Both the position numbers and the translations under genes were made by a program. The notes beneath the pieces were generated by a model. The model saw nothing but the letters and a program-made list of their open reading frames with translations. It did no database searches and was not told where the DNA came from. From Epiperipatus broadwayi (Eukaryota > Animalia > Onychophora), in NCBI GenBank assembly GCA_028023455.1, contig JAQFVV010000002.1, positions 11,780,001-11,844,000 of the forward strand: a stretch of 64,000 nucleotides of DNA. Direction: 5' to 3'. How positions within the stretch are numbered: the stretch's first letter is position 1; the number at the start of each line of letters is the position of its first letter. Positions 37,005 to 49,099 of this stretch are shown piece after piece.

Positions 37005-37394
37005 TTATACAACTCTCCATTCATTTTTCATTATCCAATTATTAGTTAAATTAATTGACGTTTTATAAATGTTCATACAATTATTTCTGTTATAATTAAT
37101 GTAATTGGTTTCATATATCTTCCTTCTATTAATTTCTTTAATATAATTTAATGGACTTATATTCTTAACACAATCTATTCTAGGTCCATATTCTAAGTAG
37201 TGAACATATAATGCAGATCTGTCATCTCTTCTATTAATAGCATTATTATGTTCTTTAGCCCTTTCTTCTAATTGTTTTGCTGTATGTCCATAATAAACCA
37301 TACTGCAAACCCCACAAGTAATTTTATATACCATACCCTTTTTATATTTTATATTATCTTTTATTTTATAATTCCCTACCAATAAATATATCAA
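37005..37394 (-). mobile_element. Penelope-like GIY-YIG endonuclease domain (5'-truncated element)
   Basis: Open 129-aa frame GMVYKITCGVCSMVYYGHTAKQLEERAKEH...RRKIYETNYI...N, typical of the PLE GIY-YIG domain. Confidence 0.88.
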
Positions 37395-37562
37395 GATTTT
37401 TACTGTTTGACCATCCTATTTTAATATTTTCATCTATGTAATTTTTATAGAAATATATGTGAATGAAAAACTAGATAGATAATAATAATAAAAAATACTA
37501 TTTCTTTAATATATCATTAAACTTTGCAATAAAGTCTTTTAATTATGATTGGTAATTTACTA

Positions 37563-38041
37563 GTGTTTTCCTGAAGGTTTGTGATGATGATATTTTAGTT
37601 GTATTTTTATATTGGATTATTTCCATAATCTAATATGCGTTTTTTAGAAAATTTTTATTTTATTTAAATATTCCAAATACATTCAACTGTTAGTAATACC
37701 ACATCAAACAGGTTAGTATATGCACAACTTTTCAAAAAGTATTATTCTTTCCTCTTCTTCAGATGTTGCTGGCTTGACCAAGCATTACCTTAAAATTCAA
37801 TAATCAAGAATCTAAGGACTCAGGTTCGAATCCCATGCTAGTACGTCACTGGTCAGGCTAGCAATATCTGAAGAAGAGGGAAGACTAATACCTCTCGAAA
37901 CATTGTATATACTAACCTGTTTGATGTGCTATTACTAACAGTTGAATGTATTTGGAATATTTAAATAAAGTTGAATTTTTCTAAAGACATTCAATACACA
38001 TATTAGATGATGGAAATGGTCCAATATAAAAATACAACTGT
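37563..38041. mobile_element. Family C hairpin with degenerate HHRs and a tRNA-type B box in the loop
   Basis: Arms ~37600-37780 / 37850-38040; CTGAAGA a gaggg..ctctc GAAA at 37868-37900; GGTTCGAATCC at 37823-37833; 10-bp direct repeat taatttacta at 37553-37562 / 38042-38051. Confidence 0.8.
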
Positions 38042-39029
38042 TAATTTACTACTTCATCATTTCTAATAAGATATATATTAAACTAAACCATTAATACTAT
38101 ATTTATATACCATATGCACGCATAAATTCATGTATACCATATAATATTGCTTATTGAATGTTTCCTTTCATTCTGTAAATATTTATTCTAATATTGAAAT
38201 CGTAATAAAATTTGTGAGAAAATATTGAACAATATTTACATGTTACGCTCATGCTTTGTTCTAGACAACATTCTACTAAGATTTAACTTTTGAAGACTGT
38301 CTGCCTTGACTTCCTTTCTAATCATTGTTTTGAAAAAAAAAAAATGTTTGCACTTTTCTCAAATTTATAACAGTTTGTTTAAAAAAGAATGAAACATTTT
38401 TTTTCCGTATAATCAATTTTCAAATATTCATATATATTAAAGCTTTTCATGAAAGGTGAAAATAAATGTTTTAAAATTAAAGTGACTTAATTTGTTGACT
38501 GCTATTTGGTTTTGAAATGAATGCTGGTTCAAATCTTAAATGTGCACAAGAGTAATTTGAATTTAGTTTTATGTATGTGCGAATATATATATAGCTACCT
38601 TATTTAATAATATTATTCCCTTAATCTATTGTCGTAAATTCGGATTATTACTGCATAAACATTTTAGAAAAGCGTAATATAAGACTAATAGATAGCTCAT
38701 TTCTGTTTCTACTTTATTCTGTTTATCAATACAATCATTATTTGAACAAAGACATACACATGAGTTACATAGACATGTATGACAAAACTTCTACATTTGT
38801 ACAATTATCTCAGGAATTTATTATACTAAAAACTTACATAAATAATATTAAACAGAATAGAGTGGATAATGTCAAAGTTGTACATGGAGTAAATGTTGGA
38901 TTATTTCCATTATCTATCATTAAATGTTGAATGTCTAGAAAATTTTAAACTTTGTTTAACTTTTCAAATACAAACAGCTGTTAGCAAAGACACAAATAGA
39001 CAACGCAGATTAGTAGATTACGCAAATGG

Positions 39030-39270
39030 TAGTATTCTGTTTTTCTTCAGGTGTTGCTGGCCTGACCAATAACTTATCACCTTTAGATTCTTGATAATCG
39101 GATTTTAAGGCACAAATCTAATCAACTAAACCATTCTGTCAATGTTTGATGCTTGTATATCAAAACTATTGACAATTACTGAACATATAATAAAGATATA
39201 ATTAAAAGATGATCTGGACCAACTGATGAGTGCTAGTTCAGCACAAAATGCAACTTGGGATCATTTGTTT
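39030..39270. mobile_element. Adjacent fragments of family C (39030-39115) and family B (39205-39270)
   Basis: ttcttcaggtgttgctggcctgacca matches the family C arm; ggaccaa CTGATGA gtgct agttc agcac aaaa matches family B with GAAA changed to AAAA. Confidence 0.7.
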
Positions 39271-39599
39271 TTTATGTTGTCTTTATTCATAAGTTTTTAA
39301 AAAGAATGCATGGAGATTTTTTAATACATTTATAAACAAAAATACTCCATATTCATTTAAAGTACAAGCTTTTATTACTAAACAAAATTTACTTAGATAT
39401 ACAAATTAGTATCTATTTTTAATTAACTATGTTTGTAAATGCTAATCGTTATTCTAAATCTACAAAAGAAAAGAAGGGAGAAAAAAACAAAAAGGCAAAT
39501 GAAAAATAACAAAAAGTTAATGTTGAGTTGTAAATCATGTTGCTGCTTTAGTCTATTAATTAGCCATGAGTTGATGCTATCTTCATCTATTACTTCAGA

Positions 39600-40070
39600 A
39601 AACTTTTTCATGATAAGACCTCAATATTATACCTAGCTGTAGTGCTCCATTGACTTATATCTTTACCCATATTCTACCAACAAAAGCAATCAATAGTGCA
39701 CCTTTTAGAATATCTTTAACATAATCTAAACAATATAAATGAAGTTTGTCTTTCCCAAAATGAGAATCATGCTCAAATTCCCCATAAAATGCATATCTTA
39801 AAAAATATTCACTTCATATTCATAATCTAATAAAATTATAACATAGATTCAATATCATCCTGTCCAGAAAGTTGATTTCCGTCACATTTTCTAGAGCTTC
39901 CATATAAAACATTTGGAAAAATAGCATCTCTTTGTAACTTTAGTTGTAATCAATTCTGTATTTTTAAAAAAGCAGCGGCACATTGGAATCAGTCTCGCAC
40001 ATAAACATCCAAGTTCAATTTTCTATTTAAAAAACAAATGACCCAAATGCAAGTCTTTAAATACTCGAGT
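39600..40070 (-). mobile_element. RTE-like LINE C-terminal fragment
   Basis: AIFPNVLYGS and YAFYGNL motifs on the minus strand; heavily decayed. Confidence 0.5.
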
Positions 40071-41339
40071 CTCAAATATTTATACATTCAGGTCCTTTGT
40101 TTATATTTTCCATTATTATTACTAATTTTTTTTTGTATCTCTTCATTTAAAATGTCTAATGTTTATCTATAAATAATATATAGTTTTACATTAAATGACA
40201 ATCTATTCACATACCAAAATATAAGAAAGTTACATTTTCCTAAGTTTAAACATATTTTTTGGCATAATAATTATTATTTTAATATTTAAAAATATTCAGT
40301 TATTTTATTGATTTTAAATTAATTTCAAGTATATCACCTATATTAGAAGTTAAAAAAATATTTGATTGCAATGAGTATTCACTTTATTTTCTTCTGTTTT
40401 CTTAAATTCATATTAACAAATAACTAGATTCATCTTTGTATATATATAAATTAATTATATAATAAAATGTATATATTAAACTTTCTTGTATCTTAGAAAG
40501 GATGGATTTCCTGCAACATATCTGTGTTACTTAGACATGTGTATTTTGTACTTGTTATTAATTTAAATAATTGGAGATTATTAGGAAATCACACATTTAA
40601 ATATGGAATTAATTTTCAATTAATGATCTATTGTACATGCCATTAGATCATATGTGTATATATTGATTGTTCATGATGTATTCATTATACATATATATCA
40701 ATTATTTTAATATAATTTATATTCATTTATTAATAAATTTTAATATCACTTAAAATAAATAAACTTGTCTGATTATTATCCAATTGTCCAGAATGGATTC
40801 ATTGATTAATAACATTCAAAATGAGGCAAGATAAAGTGACTATATTGTAAAATTTATTTGAAATAACTATATCATATAATCCAGAAATCAAATCTCAGGA
40901 TTGGTGAGTATGGTTACATTATTTTTTTGCATTGAATTCAATAGTTATCTGACTGAATATAAACTTTATATGGTAATCATAATCAAATATTTGTGTGTTT
41001 TATTTAAATCATTATTGATTGGATAAATACTGTATTGAGTTCATGGTTGATCAATAAGATCATCTTATTAAATTATAAAGCTGATAGTAATACATTTTGT
41101 TCTATTATAAGTCAGAATGATTTACTTTAATTATATTTAAAATTTAGTTGATGTGGATTGTAAGTCCAATTAACTACTAAATGTTAATATTCATACTTGA
41201 TTATAATAAATGCTAATAATTCTTTTTATATGTTTTGATTGTTTAATATGCAGTTTTAATAATTTAAATACTGGAAATTTAAAATAAATTGATATAATTA
41301 GTTAATTGTACTTAAATAAATATCCAACAGAATATAATA

Positions 41340-41607
41340 AACAGGCAAAACTCTCCAGTGCAAAACAGATTAATCAACGGATGTCAGAAGACTTGTGCAT
41401 AAAATCCCTATCTAGTGTATACTCATCTAATATCCCCAGACATGTTTCTAGCTTGTGGCTTTCATCAGTGAGGAGCCTTGGATCTGAGAGAACTGCACCT
41501 AGATCTTAATCTGGCTTGCACTAAGTGGCACTACTGTATGGAGAGTTTTGCCTGTTGTAATAACAGTTATAAGCAAGCATAAGAAATGGTGATCATGTGG
41601 TGTTTAG
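41340..41607. mobile_element. Family A copy 6 (subfamily variant)
   Basis: Long arm 41340-41507, short inverted arm from ~41512, tail to ~41607; TSD not identified. Confidence 0.85.
41433..41474 (-). ncRNA. Hammerhead motif with compensatory changes (family A variant)
   Basis: tcctca CTGATGA a agc cacaa gct a GAAA catg TC tgggga. Confidence 0.7.
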
Positions 41608-42382
41608 AAATGTACTATTTTTTATATATACTGGTATGATTGATATTGTGGATTCAAGATTATCTTTTGGGTTTATTGATATTACATCATTATTAAATCT
41701 TTCATCTTATCATAAATAGCATGATTAGTAGCAGTAAATTAATATATGATTATAGTAAGGTTGAGTTAATATTACTTATCATTTTATTAAACTAAGATTT
41801 AAAATTAATTATTGAGTCTTATATATCTATTTAGATATTATGAATATTGTAAACTTATAGGACATACTAAAGCTGTTATCTCAATCATTCATGAATTATT
41901 TTATTTAGATATGAACATCTTTAAATTTTAGCATAAATTTATGTTATTATAAGCAATGTTTGACTAGATAGATATATCAAGATTTGGTTGTTGAATGATT
42001 TATCACTATTTTCATTTGATTATAAGTGAAATATATCTCAAGCATATATCATTGGTTTGAGACAATGATATTTGATTTAATTGCTTTATGTTAACCTAGG
42101 TTTGTATTTAGGTATTTGAAGTGATGATTTTGTTTGTTTTCTGTTCATCCTAAATGCTGTCTAAACTCATGATGCTATAATAAAAATTATCATTAGTTTT
42201 GTTTTAGTATAGTTAACAGTCAGATATGTGGTTAGATAAAGGATTATTTTAAATTCTTAATGATTATTCATTGATTGGCATTGGTTGGCTAGGTATATTG
42301 TGTTTATCCTGTTATGAACAATACTATTACTTATGTATATTATAAAATTAGTATTATTTTTCTTTCATTTATATTTTATTTA

Positions 42383-42763
42383 GTTACAAACGATGTCCAA
42401 CTTTAGGACTCATTTTCATTCTATTGCATAGCATGACCAATAATTGGGCTATATATTTCATTCAGGCTATAGTAGAGTTATTGTTTCCTATTGCCTCTTT
42501 TTGATCTGTTACAAATGCCATCCATACCAATGGGGCTATAACAGAGGTTAGCATACACACATATGTATTGTTACAAATGGCGATGCAATTTTCAAGGCAT
42601 AATTAAACAAGATCACTCCCCTATCATGGTTTTGCCATATCCAATTTGTTACAAATGGCTCTAACTTTAAGGGCAATAATAAAAGTTATTTCATCATAAT
42701 CTTTTCATGTCAATTATAAAATGCTGCCCAAAGCTCTAGGGCAATTTTTTATTCTGTTACAAT
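42383..42763 (+). repeat. Array of a recurring TGTTACAAATGGC-like motif with unrelated spacers
   Basis: Copies at 42383 (partial), 42507, 42569, 42647 and 42755 (partial). Confidence 0.6.
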
Positions 42764-42779
42764 ATATATATAAATTTAT

Positions 42780-45700
42780 TTCAGAACTGCCACAGATTCA
42801 CAATTTAAAACTTTTAAACAAAAAATAAACTTGCTTTATTGTTAACTAAAAATAATAAACAATTTACTAATCCTACTTCAATTGGTTTATGAATTATCAA
42901 AAATTTATCTAATCATTAAGTTTCTTCAAATGAAGTCCACCTATTGAAAAAAAGTTTTAATTGTATGCCAGCTCTTAAACTATTCCAGAAGAAAATATCT
43001 GTAACGTGGAATTTTCTTTAAAAAATACAGACTTGTAAGTCAATCTTATTAGATTTGAAGTTTGTAATGAAACTCCAAAATATAATTTACCTGAAGCACT
43101 TCAAAATTTAAGAAAAGATAACTATTGTTATCATTCCAACAAATAAAGGCAATTCGACTGTTGAATTTAATCGTTTAGATTATAACAATAAAATTTTTAA
43201 ATTTTCCAAGTAATGACACTTATAAAAAAATATTAGAAATCTTGATATACTTACAAAATAAGACAAAACTCCTTATAAAATCTTCCAGCCTAGATGAAGA
43301 TGTAAAAACTAAAATTTCTCCAAGAGAAAACTCTTCATTATACCCTACATTATATAGTTTACTCAAAATTCATAAACCTGAGACACCATTGAGACCACTG
43401 TGTATGCTATAGATTCTGCTGCATATTATTTGGGTAATTTTAGCCCAATGACAGATAATATTTTGATCCAGAATTAAAAATTCAGCTCATTTTATTTTTA
43501 TTGTTAAAAACTTAAAGCTAGCTAAAAGTGATTTATTTGGTCAGTTTTGATGTCTCTTTTGTTTACTAGGATTTCTGTTGAAGAAGCTTTATCTATAATA
43601 ACTCAATATAATGTCTTGAAAATACGTTTTTTATTTATGATTTTCAAAAATATAAGCAAATCAAAGGGCTTTCTATAGGATTTCTACTATCACCTGTAAT
43701 TGCTAATCTCTTAACCAATTATGTGTTTATTTCGAGGAGACCCTGTAGCTAATTTAATGGCCACAAAAGTACAAAATACGGTTTTTCCTCATAGCATGCG
43801 CCATCTCTTGGTCAATTTTGGTCGCAATTTCTTCATTTTAGGCTTATTTTATAGGAAATTCAAAATCTAAAATTGTAGTTCTAAAAATGTCTGCATATAG
43901 CATTATATATTTTTTAAAAAATCAATTTTCTTTGCTGGCTATTGGAAGTTAGACCTGCCCCTTACTCTGATTGGATATCAGCCAAATCATGAAATTGGGT
44001 TATAGATATTTCTAAATGACAAAGACAGAAACTAAACCAAGAAGTTCTACACATTCGTAATTGATTTTGATGTAAATAATTATATTTATTGTAATGTTTT
44101 ACGTTCATAAATAAGATTTTACATTACTCTATCAAAATATAAAGTTTGATTCGGAAAATTTTTAATATTACAAGAAAAATAAGATCGTGAATATAATCAT
44201 TTTTGAAAACAATTGCTTATAATGTGGCAACTCTAATTTGAATAGTAGGCAGTTCTAAATAAATCAAAATAAAATCTTTTACGTATTCGTATTTTGAAGT
44301 AAATAATTGTATTTACCGTAATTTTTTATGTTCATAAAAAATATTTTACGTTACTCTATTGAAATATAAAGTTTGATTCGGAAAAATTTTAATATTACAA
44401 GAAAAATAAGATCATGAATATAATCATTTTTACAAGAAAAATAAGTTGGGAATGATAACTCTTCAGAAAAGTAAATTATTTTGACATGTAGAAATTGAAT
44501 AATGACACCAATGATTGGTTCAAATATAATTCTTTTGTTTTACCACTGGCTATTTTTTAAATGTTTTTTCTTATATTTTTCTTCAGTTATTAAAATTATT
44601 TTTAATTTTTCGTTACATTTAACCAATTTGAATCTAAAATTATTCAATTTTTAGAAGCTGAATTTAAAAAATTATGTGTATTTTAGATTAACATTTTAAC
44701 AATAGAAACTGACTGGAAATAAAACTGACGAATAATATTGTTCTCAGATTTAAGTAGTGGGCCAATAAAAAAATTAGACAAAGATTAACTCTTTTAAATA
44801 AGTTAAAAGAATCAGTTAAAAGATAAAAATTTAATGAATAATTCTGAAATCAAGAATTAAATGCAGCTAGTAAGAGACCTTTCATTTGGCTCAGATATGT
44901 GGATGTTACATTTGTAATATGACCTCATGGTATAGATGACTTGAATTCTTTTCTTGTTTTTCTTAATGGATAGCATCCTAATATAAGTTTTATCATGGAA
45001 GTTAAAAAATAACAAAACACTTTCTTTTCTAGATATTTTAATTTCTAAACACCCTGACGACTTTTTATCACCATCTGCTTATAAAAAATCCACCCATACA
45101 AACAGATTTCAATTTTAATTCTCCAGTTATTTTACTTTTAATTTTCATTATCATCCTGCTCATATATTTTCTGGGCAAAAACTCTTTGGAGGATAGAATA
45201 CAGTTTGTCTAATAAATATCGTCTTGCTCAAGAAATACCATTAACTAAAAATATTTGTCTTTAATGGTTATAATAAAAAACATAATATATAAACCTTTAC
45301 ATACTAAGAAAAAAAGATGATAAATTGATAACTCAACTAGTTATAGAGTTTTTTATTTTATATTAAAAAAGTCATTGATAAGACCAGTAGAAGACTATGT
45401 AATTGTAATATTAAGGCTATTTTACCATAAATCTAAACACTGAATACTTTTAGAATACTAAGATGTCTATGAAATTCCATAGTTCTCAAAAATCTATGTG
45501 GGTCAATCAAATACATGTATTAGTATCAGAATTAGGAAGCATAAAAATGCCTTCAATCAAAAGTTGATTACATCAGTTTTTATTTCACTTTTTTTAGAAA
45601 TCAATCACACATCTGACTTTGGTAATGCTAAAATATTAGATAATTTGGAAAAATATGATTTAATAACTATGAGAGAGTCCATTGAAATATTGAAAAGACT

Positions 45701-45960
45701 GAGTGGTTTAAACAAATATGATGAAGCACAATGTATTCCTGCCTGTGGAGACCACTTTTTTTTACTCTTTCTTCTAAAAGCAACTTGGAATGAATTAATA
45801 GTAAAACTGAAGAAAGTAAAAAAAAATTTGATAATCCATCTAATCTGAATAATCAATCATCAAATATATATATACAAGAATGATTGTTTTTTTACTTCTT
45901 ATTTAATCTCATTATTATTTAAGACACAACAGTTCTTCATTAAGACTTTAATATCGACAA
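42780..45960 (+). mobile_element. Large decayed Penelope-like element (RT plus GIY-YIG), split by a ~1.1-kb insertion
   Basis: KNLSNH..SSNEVHLLKK; IIPTNKGNSTV; PTLYSLLKIHKPETPLRP; YKQIKGLSIGFLLSPVIANL | KRPFIWLRYVD; HPNISFIMEV; GQSNTCISIRIRKH...NHTSDFGNAKIL...RESIEI. Confidence 0.9.
43711..44829. mobile_element. Unclassified insertion interrupting the PLE RT; contains a ~228-bp tandem duplication
   Basis: RT reading stops after ANL (43710) and resumes at the FME-like segment (~44830); tataaagtttgattcggaaaa repeated at 44138 and 44366. Confidence 0.7.
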
Positions 45961-46064
45961 GCAAACATTGGAAATTAATATAAAATAATACATAGTATAT
46001 CTTCATCATATAACCATGAAAATATTAAATATAATATATATCATAATATTTGACAATTATTAAT

Positions 46065-46520
46065 CCCTTCAGGGTGATTTCTCCAAGTTCAATTCATCTT
46101 CTCCAATCTCTAGCCTCTCTTCTCGACATCACCCCAGCACTTTCTTATTTCATCCATTCATCTCACATGTGGTCTCTTTTTAAATCTTTACAATCTCTTG
46201 AAATCCAATTTAAAATTTCAGTTGTCCATCTATTATCATTTCTTCAAGCAATATGTCCAGTACAACTCAACTTCATTCTTTTAATTTTTTCAATAATGTC
46301 AGCTTCATCTGTTTATTTTTGTACTCATATATTTCATTGTTGGTATCTTCTTGTTACTACTAATGTGCATCTCTCCATATTTCATTGAGTCACCCAAAGT
46401 CTCTGTATTGCTCTTCTGTTAAGTGTCCAAGTTTTAGATCCATATGTAAAAACTGGTAACACTTTTATTAAAAACTTTCCTTTTCTAACAGACATATTTT
46501 CTTTTAATATCAAGTTATTT
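46065..46520 (-). mobile_element. RTE LINE C-terminal fragment
   Basis: Homologous to 12936-13305 (IEKIKRMKLSCTGHIA*RNDNRW). Confidence 0.85.
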
Positions 46521-46739
46521 CTACCAAAAGCCCTCCAATCAAGTTTAATTCTATGATTAATTTTATGTATTACATTTTCATATGTAATAATAATCTGACT
46601 AGATTATTTATAGTTTGTTAATTTTTTCTCAGTCAATCTTTCTGCTCTTTTTTTGACACTTGCAAACCAAAATATAATTATTTGATATTGATAAATATGA
46701 AACAAATGATAAAGTCATATGTGAGAAATTAGTACCTGG

Positions 46740-46970
46740 GTCAACTAAAGAATGCCATTTTAATACACATCTTGAAAGTCATTTATTTTTTCACACATCT
46801 TTAATCATACACAGGGTATATTTCTAGAATATGTGGTAGAATGGAAGTTTGACTCTCAAGATGTGCATTTTATGTTGAATTGGCATTCTTCAGTTGACTT
46901 ACATGTTTAAAACATCCATTCTACCATACATTCTTGAAATAAATTCAGTATATGATTAAAGATGTGTGAA
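46740..46970. repeat. Interleaved inverted repeats (A-B-A'-B')
   Basis: A 46740-46781 vs A' 46850-46898; B 46790-46845 vs B' 46916-46970. Confidence 0.85.
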
Positions 46971-47036
46971 ATAATAGATATTTTTTTATATTAAATGCTT
47001 TTATTTGTGCACTAAAAAGAAAAAAAAAGTTTCTTC

Positions 47037-47197
47037 AACCACAATTGGAGTTTTAGATTTAATTTGAAATAAAAGCATGGGGGATCCAGAAAGTAAATAA
47101 GTCAATTCATATTTTTGATAATAAGAAATTCAGTTCCTTAATTTCTGCTCCCCCCATGCTTTTATTTAATTTAAGTCTAAAAATTCCAATTGTAGTT
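47037..47197. repeat. Small MITE-like hairpin
   Basis: ~48-bp arms 47037-47084 / 47149-47197 (aaataaaagcatggggga / tcccccc atgcttttattt). Confidence 0.75.
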
Positions 47198-47296
47198 AAA
47201 GAGACAATCATTTTTTCTTTTTTTTACTGTACAAATAAACATATTTAATATATGAAAAATTATCTTTATTATTTTTAAGTTTTTAGTATTGGTATA

Positions 47297-47800
47297 GCAA
47301 ACAAAATATAAAACTATATTGTATTTTAAAGTGACTGGCCATTTATAGTTGATATATATATATATCATTAGATATTTTGGCTATAAGTTAAAATATTTAT
47401 TCAATACATATCATATTTAGTATGTGTACATAATATATATGTATATACATGCTTAAATATAAAAATTTTAAGTGAAAAGTGTTTAATATTTTTGTTTTTG
47501 ATTGGAAATAAAAAAAAAAGCTTAACAAAACTATATTGTAAATGAACTTCACTCAATACATATAATTTTACTTAAATAAATTTCAAACATCACTAGATAT
47601 TTCTGTAGTAAGTTAATATGCATACTTTTATGTATATATCATAGTTAGTATGTGTACATAATTATACATATATAAGACATCAGTGGATAACTTTTCTATT
47701 TAAAATTGTTTGATATTATTTTTTTTATATGAATTTTTTTTTTTTTTTAAAAAAAGCTTAACAAAACTATGTTACAAACAACTTACTTATTATTTAAATG
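47297..47800 (+). repeat. Diverged ~230-bp tandem repeat (2-3 units)
   Basis: ttagtatgtgtacataat at ~47417 and ~47646; gcttaacaaaactat at ~47520 and ~47757. Confidence 0.7.
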
Positions 47801-48096
47801 AAACTACAGTATATTTTAATAAATGAAACTATTAAATCATCTGACTCTTTGTCTAATCTTTATGCAGAAGATTATAATTTGATGACGATCATGAAAAGTA
47901 AAGAGTTTTCCAATATTTTTTTATAAAATAAAAATATTTTGTTTGATCATCATTATCCCAATCATTTTAATTAAGAGAAGTTAATATTATATAAATGGGG
48001 AAATCAATATATAAAAAATTACTACAGAAGAGGTAACTTTTACAGCCTATTCCAATATGTAAACATGATTTGAATTATTTTTGAAAATCTAATATG

Positions 48097-48996
48097 TACC
48101 TGGGTCTCATTTTATGTGGTAGATAGGTTCCGCAGAAAACCTGCATTAAAAAAAATTGCACAAAAATAGACAACTTACCTTGAAAAATGGGGGATAGGTT
48201 CTGTAATTTTCAGAATTCACATAAAAGCAAAGCAACAAGAAAAAATTACTTTAAAATTCACATTAAAAAATAAGCAAATAAAGTATGACTAATAAAAAAT
48301 TTCAAATATTTGAAAAAAATTAATACAAGACAAACGTTTTTTACTTTTTTTATTAACTATGCTATTTAATTTTACATTTTTCATACATATTTTAATCATT
48401 ACCACTATTTGACAATATGCATTCATTTATAAACTGATAAGAAATCAGATTCATGAAGGGATGTACAACTAGCGCCACTTTCAGTCTTGTGCTGTGTTAA
48501 TGGTTTTGTTTCTATATTTAAAAAATGAGATCACAATAAAAACAAAAAGATTATACATTATCATTAGAAAGATTATTTTCAGTTTATAAAATTAATAAAT
48601 AATCTTCGTTTTTTATTTTAAAAATCTAAAAGATTATTTCTGTTATAGCTAACAAAATACGTTTTAAAAGTTTAAAATTTTTGAATATTTATTGCGATAT
48701 TTTTATATGTAAGTATAAATCTATTATTATTATTATTTACTCATTAGTATAAATGGCTTATTTATATAGAAGCTAAGATTCTAAATACAGCTTCAGGCCA
48801 TATTAACGTTAGCTGCTAATATAAGATTATATTTTTGAGAAAAAAAAGTATTTCAAGTCAAAATAAGTTATTAATAATTTAAATTTCTTGATATCTAATA
48901 AATATAGTGAAATATGAAAGATATTAAGATGAAACATGAATCACATAACTTCAAAATCACATTAAAATAATCCGCATAAAACAAGACCCAGGTGTA
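48097..48996. mobile_element. Tigger/pogo-like non-autonomous DNA transposon
   Basis: TIRs ta-cctgggtctcattttatgtgg / ccgcataaaacaagacccaggtg-ta, TA-flanked; no transposase recognised. Confidence 0.75.
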
Positions 48997-49099
48997 TATA
49001 ATTAAATGAAAATATTTAGAGAATTTCTCTCTTCAAATCTTTCACTGTCTTTTTAACTTCTCTCTCTACATAAATATTTATATTTATTGTCATAATACA

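Noticed and set aside
42383-42763. CRISPR-like interpretation of the motif array
   Set aside because: Repeat only 13 bp, irregular spacing, eukaryotic context, no cas genes.
45900-45980. Expected hammerhead at the 3' end of the large PLE
   Set aside because: No recognisable core remains.
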